NCBI GenBank assembly: GCA_937766455.1
Contig: CALLXD010000005.1
Coordinates: 6,364 to 70,363 of the forward strand
DNA from: Vicinamibacterales bacterium
GTDB taxonomy: Bacteria > Acidobacteriota > Vicinamibacteria > Vicinamibacterales > UBA8438
Length of the DNA stretch: 64,000 nucleotides
Reading direction: 5' to 3'
Shown in pieces: positions 9,528 to 17,352 of the stretch (within the stretch, counting starts at the first letter, position 1; each line of letters opens with the position of its first letter). A program made the translations under genes and the position numbers. The notes under the pieces were generated by a model that saw only the letters and a list, made by a program, of their open reading frames with translations, made no database searches and had not been told where the DNA came from.

Positions 9528-11312
9528 TTGGACAACGTGACCACCGCCGAAGGAATCGCGCACGCTGAACACGGTCATGACGAGCACGAGCTGAGCTTTC
9601 TTCAGTCGTACGTGTTCTCGCTCGACCACAAGGTGATCGGTATTCAGTACGCCATCACCGCGCTGCTATTTCTGCTGTTCGGGTTCACCCTCATGATGCT
9701 CATGCGGTGGAATCTGGCCTTTCCGGGTCGGCCAATCCCCGTGATTGGCAACTTCTTGGGCATGGCGAACGCGCCTGGCGGCATCATGTTGCCAGAGTTC
9801 TACAACCAGCTGGGCGCCATGCACGGCACCATCATGGTGTTCCTGGGGGTGGTGCCATTGGCCGTCGGCGGCTTCGGCAACTACGTACTCCCGCTGCAGA
9901 TCGGCGCGCCCGACATGGCGTTCCCGAGGCTGAACATGGCCAGCTACTGGTCGTTCTTCCTCGGCGGGGTCATCATGGTCGCCAGCTTCTTTGTCCCCGG
10001 CGGGGCGGCGAATTCAGGCTGGACGTCCTATGCCCCGCTGTCGGTCCTTGCGCTCGAAGGACAGACCTGGTGGTTGATCGGGATGATCTTCCTGATCACC
10101 TCGTCGCTGCTCGGTTCGGTCAACTTCATTGTGACCACCCTGCAGCTCAGGGCACCGGGCCTGAGCTTTATGCGGCTGCCCTTCTTCGTCTGGGCGCAGC
10201 TCGTGACGTCGTTCCTGCTCCTGTTGGCCTTCCCGCCGCTCGAAGCGGCTGGGGTGCTTCAGCTCATGGACCGGGTGGCGGACACCAGTTTCTTCATGCC
10301 GAGCGGACTGGTCACCGGGGACGGGCCGCTGGAAATCAGCGGCGGCGGCAGCCCACTGCTTTGGCAGCACCTGTTCTGGTTCCTGGCGCACCCCGAGGTC
10401 TATGTCCTCATACTGCCGGCGCTGGGTATCGTCGGCGAGGTCGTCGCCAACAACACCCGGAAGCCGCTGTGGGGCTATCGCGTGCTGGTCGCTTCAGTAA
10501 TCTTCCTCGGCTTCATGTCCTTCATCGTGTGGGCGCACCACATGTTCCTGACCGGCATGGGCACCACCATCAGCACGTTCTTTCAAACCACGACGATGAT
10601 CATCTCGATTCCGTCCGTGGTCATCCTGTCGGCGATGTTTCTGTCGCTGTATGGCGGGTCGATTCGATACACCGTGCCGATGCTGTTCGCGCTGGCGTTT
10701 CTTCCGATGTTTGGCATCGGTGGGCTCACCGGACTGCCGCTGGGGCTGACGGCGCCGGATATTCATCTGCACGATACGTACTACGTCATCGGCCACTTCC
10801 ACTATGTCGTGGCGCCGGGCACGATCTTCGCGTTGTTCGCGGGCATCTATTACTGGTTCCCGAAAGCCACTGGACGCCTGATGAACGACCTGCTCGGCAG
10901 GATTCACTTCTGGGGCTCCATCGTCGCCATCAATTGCGTGTTCATGCCGATGTTCATCACCGGACTGGCAGGCATGAATCGGCGTCTCTACGATGGGGGC
11001 ATGCAGTATGCCCACGTGCAGGGGGTGATGGAGTGGAACGCCTTCATGTCATACGGGGCGTGGACGCTCGGTTTTTTCCAGATCTTCTTCATCTTCAACT
11101 TCTTCTGGAGCATCCGGCACGGCAAGAAGGTGGGCGACAATCCCTGGAACGCGACGACCCTCGAATGGCAGGCGCCGTCTCCGCCGCCGCACGGGAACTT
11201 CACCACTCCGCCGGAAGTGCACCGCGGGCCGTACGAGTACAGCGTGCCCGGCGCTTCGAGCGACTTCTCCATGCAGGGTCAGGCCCCAGAGGCCGAATCC
11301 GCGAAGGTGTAA
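9528..11312 (+). CDS. ctaD: Heme-copper oxidase subunit I (A1-like; K-channel Lys absent)
   Basis: TTG start after AAGGAG; SLDHKVIG, AMHGTIM, PDMAFPRLN, HPEVY, WAHHMF, HDTYYVIGHFHY, GMNRR. Confidence 0.95.
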   Translation: MDNVTTAEGIAHAEHGHDEHELSFLQSYVFSLDHKVIGIQYAITALLFLLFGFTLMMLMRWNLAFPGRPIPVIGNFLGMANAPGGIMLPEFYNQLGAMHGTIMVFLGVVPLAVGGFGNYVLPLQIGAPDMAFPRLNMASYWSFFLGGVIMVASFFVPGGAANSGWTSYAPLSVLALEGQTWWLIGMIFLITSSLLGSVNFIVTTLQLRAPGLSFMRLPFFVWAQLVTSFLLLLAFPPLEAAGVLQLMDRVADTSFFMPSGLVTGDGPLEISGGGSPLLWQHLFWFLAHPEVYVLILPALGIVGEVVANNTRKPLWGYRVLVASVIFLGFMSFIVWAHHMFLTGMGTTISTFFQTTTMIISIPSVVILSAMFLSLYGGSIRYTVPMLFALAFLPMFGIGGLTGLPLGLTAPDIHLHDTYYVIGHFHYVVAPGTIFALFAGIYYWFPKATGRLMNDLLGRIHFWGSIVAINCVFMPMFITGLAGMNRRLYDGGMQYAHVQGVMEWNAFMSYGAWTLGFFQIFFIFNFFWSIRHGKKVGDNPWNATTLEWQAPSPPPHGNFTTPPEVHRGPYEYSVPGASSDFSMQGQAPEAESAKV

Positions 11313-11318
11313 CGACCG

Positions 11319-11909
11319 ATGGAAATTCCGTATACCGTAGAGGCCCGGCCGGACACCGGGTTGAACAACGTCAAGCTCGGCATCTGGCTGTTTCTCGCCT
11401 CCGAGGTGATGCTGTTCGGCGGGCTGTTCTCGGCCTATGTGCTGCTCCGGATGGGCGCGGTCGACTGGCCGCTGGGCTCCGAGTTTCTGAACATTCCGAT
11501 CGGCACCGTCAATACGGCAATTCTGATCGGCTCCAGCGTCACGATGGTCATGGCCTACGCGTCGCTCAAGCTCGGCGACTTCGCCAAGTACAAGGGCTAT
11601 ATGGCGGCCACGGTGCTGCTGCCGGTGCTCTTCCTGTGCATCAAGGGTTACGAGTACTACGAAAAGGTGCAGCATGATCATCTGCCGTCCCACAGTACGT
11701 TTCTGGCGATCTACTGGACGATGACCGCGCTCCACGGGTTGCACATCATCGGCGGCATTGCTGTGAACGGCTATTTCTGGGGCCCCGGCAGCAAGATGTG
11801 GCATACCAAGCCGGCGATGTTTGAGAACCGCATCGAAGCCGCTGGCCTGTACTGGCACTTCGTGGATCTGGTCTGGATTTTCCTGTTTCCCGTGCTGTAT
11901 CTCCTGTAA
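11319..11909 (+). CDS. ctaE: Cytochrome c oxidase subunit III (short form)
   Basis: GIWLFLASEVMLF, TALHGLH, GLYWHFVDLVWIFLFP. Confidence 0.95.
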   Translation: MEIPYTVEARPDTGLNNVKLGIWLFLASEVMLFGGLFSAYVLLRMGAVDWPLGSEFLNIPIGTVNTAILIGSSVTMVMAYASLKLGDFAKYKGYMAATVLLPVLFLCIKGYEYYEKVQHDHLPSHSTFLAIYWTMTALHGLHIIGGIAVNGYFWGPGSKMWHTKPAMFENRIEAAGLYWHFVDLVWIFLFPVLYLL

Positions 11910-11934
11910 CGCGGCAGAGGCTCAAGGAGTCGTC

Positions 11935-12292
11935 ATGAGCGGTAGCGCAGAAGAAGTCAGAAAACACATCGCGACCTATAAGAAGATCGCCGCGGCTCTC
12001 GCCGTGGGCACGGTCGTCACGGTCCTCGCGTCGTATCTGGATGTCTCAGTTCCCCTCGGCATCACGATCGCGTTGATCATCGCCACCACCAAGGCCTCAC
12101 TCGTGGCGAACTACTTCATGCACCTCGGCGAGGAACGCAGCGCGTGGTTGAAGTTGACCGTTGGGGCTCACTGCGGCCTTCTGGTTGGTCTTGATGCTGG
12201 TGCCGATTTTTACTGTCTCGGACCACATCGGGGTCGCCAAGACGCTGCCGAACGCGAACGCGCCTGTTGAGCACGAGGCTGAGGAACACTGA
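11935..12292 (+). CDS. ctaF: Cytochrome c oxidase subunit IV family protein; apparent +1 frameshift in G4 run 12163-12166
   Basis: ALIIATTKASLVANYFMHL; removing one G restores third TM (GLTAAFWLVLMLVPIF) and a TGA overlapping the next ATG. Confidence 0.8.
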
Positions 12293-12501
12293 TGTCGCTG
12301 CGATCCTTTCACGTGGTGTTCGTCGTGGCGTCGATTGCGTTGACGTTGATGATGGCCGTGTGGGGTGGCGTCACTTACGGGACCGACCGTGGATCGGTCT
12401 GGCACTTGGTCACCATCGTGGGCGCGGTCATCACAGGAGGCCTGCTGGCTGTGTATGCCGTGAAGTTCGTGCGGAAGACCCGCGAGCTCGGGTTGAGCTA
12501 A
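12292..12501 (+). CDS. Small two-TM protein in oxidase operon
   Basis: MSLRSFHVVFVVASI...; TGATG coupling to subunit IV. Confidence 0.75.
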   Translation: MSLRSFHVVFVVASIALTLMMAVWGGVTYGTDRGSVWHLVTIVGAVITGGLLAVYAVKFVRKTRELGLS

Positions 12502-12552
12502 CGACGTGCAATTGAAACTCGGAACTCGGAACTGAACGCTGAACTCTGAGCC

Positions 12553-12825
12553 ATGACACGACTTTTACCGTGGACGGCGTCCATGATCGCGGCCCTCGTG
12601 GTCGCCGCGCCGGCGCCCGTGCAGGCCTGTGCGATCTGCTTCGGAGACCCCAACTCTGCGATGGCGATCGGCGCGAGTTGGGGCGTCCTGCTGCTGGTCG
12701 GTGTGACGGCCGCGGTCCTCTCCGCTTTCGCGGGCTTTTTTCTTTACCTGGTGAAACGGTCACGGATGGCGCTCGATCAAGGCGCCGACCTGCCACGATC
12801 GTCCCAGGCCTCAGGGAGTATGTAG
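12553..12825 (+). CDS. Small exported/membrane protein with CxxC right after the signal peptide
   Basis: Signal peptide ending VQA, then CAICFGDP, one TM helix; stop abuts subunit II ATG. Confidence 0.75.
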   Translation: MTRLLPWTASMIAALVVAAPAPVQACAICFGDPNSAMAIGASWGVLLLVGVTAAVLSAFAGFFLYLVKRSRMALDQGADLPRSSQASGSM

Positions 12826-13572
12826 ATGCAGGAGTTACTAGGACTGCCGCTGCAGGCCTCGGCGCACGCTGGCGAAATCGATCGCATTATCGTGATCGTG
12901 CACTGGCTCATGTTGGTGCTGTTCGTTGGCTGGGGCTCGTTTTTCACATATACGCTGATTCGGTTCCGGCAGAGCGCGAACCCGAAAGCGGACTACCACG
13001 GCGTCAAGAGCCATGTGTCCAGCTATCTTGAGGTGGCGGTGGCTGTTGTCGAAACGGTTATCCTGATTGCGTTCGCCCTGCCCGCGTGGGCGAACCGAGT
13101 CAACGATGTACCGCCGGAGAGCGGCGCCACGGTCGTCCACGTGATTGCGAAACAGTTCGCGTGGCACGTGGTGTATCCAGGACCCGATGGTCGGTTCGGC
13201 CGCCGCGATGCGAGTCTTGTCACGTCGACGAACGAAATCGGATTGGACCGAGAAGACCCGAACGCCCGGGATGACATCTACACGATCAATCAGCTCAGTC
13301 TGCCCGTCGACACGCCGGTGGTCGCCTATCTCACCAGCATGGATGTCATCCACAGCTTCGCCATTTCCTCGATGCGAGTGAAGCAGGACTCCATTCCTGG
13401 GATGGAGATTCCGATCTGGTGGGAACCGACCGTGGTAGGGGAGTACGAAATCAATTGTTCGCAGTTGTGTGGACTGGGTCACTATCGGATGCGTGGCGCG
13501 GTCAGCATCCTCGCCCAGGCAGACTTCCAGTCATTCCTCGCGGAGGAAAGCGCCCGTTTAACGGCGGACTGA
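12826..13572 (+). CDS. ctaC: Cytochrome c oxidase subunit II (CuA)
   Basis: Two TM helices, AKQFAW, DVIHSF, CSQLCGLGHYRM CuA loop; no fused cytochrome c. Confidence 0.93.
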   Translation: MQELLGLPLQASAHAGEIDRIIVIVHWLMLVLFVGWGSFFTYTLIRFRQSANPKADYHGVKSHVSSYLEVAVAVVETVILIAFALPAWANRVNDVPPESGATVVHVIAKQFAWHVVYPGPDGRFGRRDASLVTSTNEIGLDREDPNARDDIYTINQLSLPVDTPVVAYLTSMDVIHSFAISSMRVKQDSIPGMEIPIWWEPTVVGEYEINCSQLCGLGHYRMRGAVSILAQADFQSFLAEESARLTAD

Positions 13573-13597
13573 CACGCCGATACACTCTGGCCTGGCG

Positions 13598-13999
13598 ATG
13601 GTGGAAGCCGGGTCGATGGCCCAGGACACTGCCCCTCGGGTAATCAGAATCGGCGTGGCTGATATCACCTCAGAACGCCGGATCGAAGCGCGCGTTCCTA
13701 TTACGGTGTCCGGTCGGCTCGCCTGGACTGACGCCGACGGTGCGGCACGTTCAGCCGACGTCAGAACCGAGAACGTAAGCCAGCACGGTGTGTTGCTCGA
13801 CTGTCTGTCGGTCACTGACATTCCGCTGCACAGGCTTGTCAGTGTGTCCTTGTCGGCTCCTGACCGAGGTCTGGACCCGCTGCCGCGCAGTCTGCACAAC
13901 CGGCATACACCGGCCGCCGTCTACCGCATCGAACCGCCACGCGACCCTCATCGGGCCGATCGCCGGTATGCGCTGCGCCTCCTGGTAGAGCCGAACTGA
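13598..13999 (+). CDS. PilZ-domain protein (c-di-GMP receptor)
   Basis: ERRIEAR (RxxxR) and ENVSQHG (NxSxxG) motifs. Confidence 0.75.
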   Translation: MVEAGSMAQDTAPRVIRIGVADITSERRIEARVPITVSGRLAWTDADGAARSADVRTENVSQHGVLLDCLSVTDIPLHRLVSVSLSAPDRGLDPLPRSLHNRHTPAAVYRIEPPRDPHRADRRYALRLLVEPN

Positions 14000-14059
14000 A
14001 CGTGACGCGCCGCTCCCGTTCCTCTCGGTGGCGGACCCAAGAGAGCGCGGAGCAGGGTG

Positions 14060-15094
14060 TCACGGGCGCGCGCGCGCCAATTCCTCTTCGATAATCTGCT
14101 CGAACACGCTGTACGGGGCCGCACCCATCACCGGCCGCCCGTTGATGAACACGGTTGGCGTCGAGGAGACACCGTTTTCTTGCCCCTCTCGCAGGTTCTC
14201 GTTCACTCGCGCGGCGAAACGGCCGCTGTCGAGGCAGCTGTCAAAGGCGGACTGGTCCATCCCGAGGGCCCCTGCGTGGCGCTTCAGATCCTCGACGCCG
14301 AGTTCGTCCTGTTTGGCGAACATGGTGTCGTGCAGCTCCCAGAACTTGCCCTGCTCGAGGGCGCAATGTCCGGCTTCAGACGCCTTGAAGGCCTGGGCGT
14401 GGTTCGGTAGCGGGTAGTCCTTGAACACCAGGCGCACATCGGCGCCATACGCCGTTTTGAGCTGCTCAACCGTGGTCGTCAGCTGTTGGCAAAACGGGCA
14501 TTGGAAGTCGGAATACTCGACCAACTCGATCACGGCGTCTTCCGGGCCAAACGTCGCATCACCGGCATCCACGGTGACCTGGGTTCGTGGCGGATCCAGC
14601 TCGATACGCACGTCGCCGGATGCCCCTCGAAGCTCGTCCATATAGGCGTGCAACGCCTGCGTTGGACGTTGCTGTTCGAGAAATCCCCGTATTTCCGGTC
14701 GCATCTGCTCGAGCGTCCGACCGCCGAACGCGTTCTGATTCTGCCCGAAGAGCAACGCGATGTCCTCGTCGGTGACGGGAACGCTTCTCGACGGGAGCTC
14801 CGTGGCAAGCAACGCCTCGCGGGAGACGCCCTTCGCCGTGGCTTCTTGGTCGATGAGAATGTCGCCGATCGCGATGTCGAGCACGCGCCGTCGCGTGTCA
14901 TACAGGTCCTGGAGCATTCGCGTGCGCGACCCCGCGTCGCTCTTCCGCCACGCCTCATCGAGATCGGCCATCGTCACCGTGACGTCGCCAACCCGACCGA
15001 CGACATCCGTCGGGGCCTGGGCACACACCGACGCTGCCGAACAAACCATTGTGAGGGCCGCGACGCCGCACGCAGCGCCGATCCGGTGAAACAT
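14060..15094 (-). CDS. Exported DsbA/thioredoxin-domain protein with helical N-terminal domain
   Basis: Signal peptide; EYSDFQCPFC, FKDYPL, GVSSTPTVFING. Confidence 0.9.
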   Translation of the reverse strand: MFHRIGAACGVAALTMVCSAASVCAQAPTDVVGRVGDVTVTMADLDEAWRKSDAGSRTRMLQDLYDTRRRVLDIAIGDILIDQEATAKGVSREALLATELPSRSVPVTDEDIALLFGQNQNAFGGRTLEQMRPEIRGFLEQQRPTQALHAYMDELRGASGDVRIELDPPRTQVTVDAGDATFGPEDAVIELVEYSDFQCPFCQQLTTTVEQLKTAYGADVRLVFKDYPLPNHAQAFKASEAGHCALEQGKFWELHDTMFAKQDELGVEDLKRHAGALGMDQSAFDSCLDSGRFAARVNENLREGQENGVSSTPTVFINGRPVMGAAPYSVFEQIIEEELARARP

Positions 15095-15245
15095 GACGCG
15101 CACCTTTCTCTTTGGACCCGCTCGGAGATACGCTGGAGCGGTCAACGTATTCAGGAGCCGGTCCTCTCTAACGTAGCACTGCACTTTATCATTCGCAGCA
15201 CAGCGCCGACAGGGTGGTGCCCAGCGCCGCGATAGGTCCCCGTCT

Positions 15246-16865
15246 ATGAGCCGCCATCGTGTTCGCGCCCGACCGCCACGCGCGACCAGTCAAGAACCGG
15301 CCCTCCGCGTGACTCAGGGAACAGATGTGTCGGCATACCTGGAAGACGCCGCGCATTACCCCGGAGGGCACACGCCGCTGGTCGTCTGTCCGCGCGACGA
15401 GTACCAACTCGCGACGATTCTGAGAGACGCCACGACGGTCCTCGCGGTGGGTGCCCAGTCGTCCCTCACCGGCGGCGCGACCCCCATGGGCGACACGGTC
15501 ATCAGCCTGTCCAAGCTCGCCGCGCTCGGACCGCCGTCGGTCGACGCCGTGACGGCGGAGCCGGGGGTCACGCTCGCGGGCCTGCGCGAGGCCCTGGCCG
15601 CGGCCGGTCGGGCATACCCGCCTGTTCCCACCTACGAGGGCGCGACCGTCGGCGGGGTCGTTTCGACCAACGCCGCGGGAGCCGCGACTTTCAAATACGG
15701 GACGACCCGCCAATGGGTGCGCGGGCTGAGCATCATGCTGGCGACCGGCGAGCTGCTCGATCTCGAACGCGGGCAGGTCCGGGCCGCGGACAACTGCTTC
15801 GAGATCGTCACGTCGGCCGGCACCATCCAGGTGCCAGTGCCGACCTATCGGCTACCGGACGTGCCGAAACGCGCGGCCGGTTATCCGGCCGGCCCTGATC
15901 TCGATCTGATCGACATGTTCATCGGGTCGGAGGGGACCCTCGGCATCGTGACCTCGGTGACCTTGGAGGTCTTGCCCCGGTGCCCTGAGGTGGGATGCGT
16001 CTTGATTGCCTGTCGTGACGAGGGACAGGCCGTCGCGCTGGCTTCCCGTTTGCGCGCCGAGTCGATTCGGACGTGGCGCGATCAGGACCCCGATGGGCTC
16101 GACGTCATCGCCATCGAGTACATGGACCGGCGCTGTCTTGAACTGCTCCGTGACGACGGTGCGACGAAACGGTTCGGCGTGACGATGCCGGCGGATGCGA
16201 ACGTCCTGCTGCTGGCCCAAGTGGAGTTCCCCCCAGGAACCACGACTGAGCAGGTCTACGACGACGTGGCCGGCGTGGCCGACGTGGGTTCGGCATCAGG
16301 CCGCATGTTGGACTCACCCGTCACACGTCTCTGCCGGGTCGTCGCCGAATCTGACCGCCTGCATGCGACGGAGATTGTCGCCCCGGGCGACGCGGCGCGC
16401 GTGGCCGCGCTGATGGCCCTGCGCGAAGCGGTGCCGGACGGCGTCAACCGTCGGGTCGGTATCGCCAAGCGCACCGTCGATGACACAATCGAAAAGACAG
16501 CGGCTGACATGATCGTGCCCTACGCACAGCTCAGCGAAAGCCTCAGGCTATTCCGACACGCGTTCGAGTCCCGCGGCCTCGACTACGCCATCTGGGGACA
16601 CCTGTCTGACGCGAATATGCACCCGAACGTGATCCCGCGATCGGCGGATGATGTGCAACGCGGCAAGGACGCGATCCTTGAGTGCGGCCGGGGGGTGATT
16701 CAACTCGGTGGGTGCCCACTGGCCGAGCATGGCGTGGGTCGCAACCCCGTCAAGCAGGCGCTGTTGCGTCAGCTCTACGGCGACGGAGGAATCGCGGAGA
16801 TGTACGCAGTCAAGCAGGCGCTCGACCCATCTCGCAAACTGGCTCCAGGTGTGCTGCTGCCATGA
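15246..16865 (+). CDS. FAD-linked oxidoreductase (GlcD/D-lactate dehydrogenase-like)
   Basis: GAQSSLTGGATP, TVGGVVSTNAAG, FIGSEGTLGIV, WGH...MHPN, AEHGVG. Confidence 0.88.
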   Translation: MSRHRVRARPPRATSQEPALRVTQGTDVSAYLEDAAHYPGGHTPLVVCPRDEYQLATILRDATTVLAVGAQSSLTGGATPMGDTVISLSKLAALGPPSVDAVTAEPGVTLAGLREALAAAGRAYPPVPTYEGATVGGVVSTNAAGAATFKYGTTRQWVRGLSIMLATGELLDLERGQVRAADNCFEIVTSAGTIQVPVPTYRLPDVPKRAAGYPAGPDLDLIDMFIGSEGTLGIVTSVTLEVLPRCPEVGCVLIACRDEGQAVALASRLRAESIRTWRDQDPDGLDVIAIEYMDRRCLELLRDDGATKRFGVTMPADANVLLLAQVEFPPGTTTEQVYDDVAGVADVGSASGRMLDSPVTRLCRVVAESDRLHATEIVAPGDAARVAALMALREAVPDGVNRRVGIAKRTVDDTIEKTAADMIVPYAQLSESLRLFRHAFESRGLDYAIWGHLSDANMHPNVIPRSADDVQRGKDAILECGRGVIQLGGCPLAEHGVGRNPVKQALLRQLYGDGGIAEMYAVKQALDPSRKLAPGVLLP

Positions 16866-17284
16866 GGCGTGGGTTTTTTGCGCATTGGTTTACCACCGCC
16901 GTCGCGCTCGGTGCGACGACCTGGATGCTGACCGGTGTGCAGGTCGACTCCCTTGGTGCCCTGGCGGTCGCGGCGCTCGTGCTGGGTTTTACCAATGCCA
17001 TCATCCGGACGATCCTGGTCGTGCTGACACTCCCGTTCACAGTGCTGACCCTCGGACTGTTCTATTTCGTGGTCAATGGCGTCGCGTTCGGCCTTGCCGC
17101 GGCGCTCGTGCCCGGGTTCCGCGTGTCGTCATTCTTCTCCGCGGTGATCGGGGCTGCGTTCGTCGGACTGGTCTCGTGGTTCATCGGTGGCGTTACAGGG
17201 CGCCGAACGACGGGTGCGACGCGTAGCCGGTCCTCCGGCGTGGTCGACGTGCATCGGCGACGGGACGGTCGGTGGGGTGCGTGA
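16862..17284 (+). CDS. YvlD/DUF360 4-TM membrane protein ('phage holin family IV')
   Basis: LGFTNAIIRTILVVLTLPFTVLTLGLFYFVVNG; ATGA overlap with upstream gene. Confidence 0.85.
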   Translation: MRRGFFAHWFTTAVALGATTWMLTGVQVDSLGALAVAALVLGFTNAIIRTILVVLTLPFTVLTLGLFYFVVNGVAFGLAAALVPGFRVSSFFSAVIGAAFVGLVSWFIGGVTGRRTTGATRSRSSGVVDVHRRRDGRWGA

Positions 17285-17352
17285 GGGGGGGCATCGGACC
17301 GTCACCCGAGGTCATGCGGGTGGCTGCGCTGATGCAGGCCCGTGCGACGCGC

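Noticed and set aside
9707-11677. 656-aa alternative-frame ORF over ctaD, and similar long shadow ORFs (e.g. 51671-52960, 60227-61297, 3935-4915)
   Set aside because: Low-complexity or antisense shadows expected from high-GC codon bias; they overlap well-supported genes
16862-17284. 'Phage holin' as sign of a prophage
   Set aside because: YvlD/DUF360 family is a common chromosomal membrane protein; no phage genes nearby
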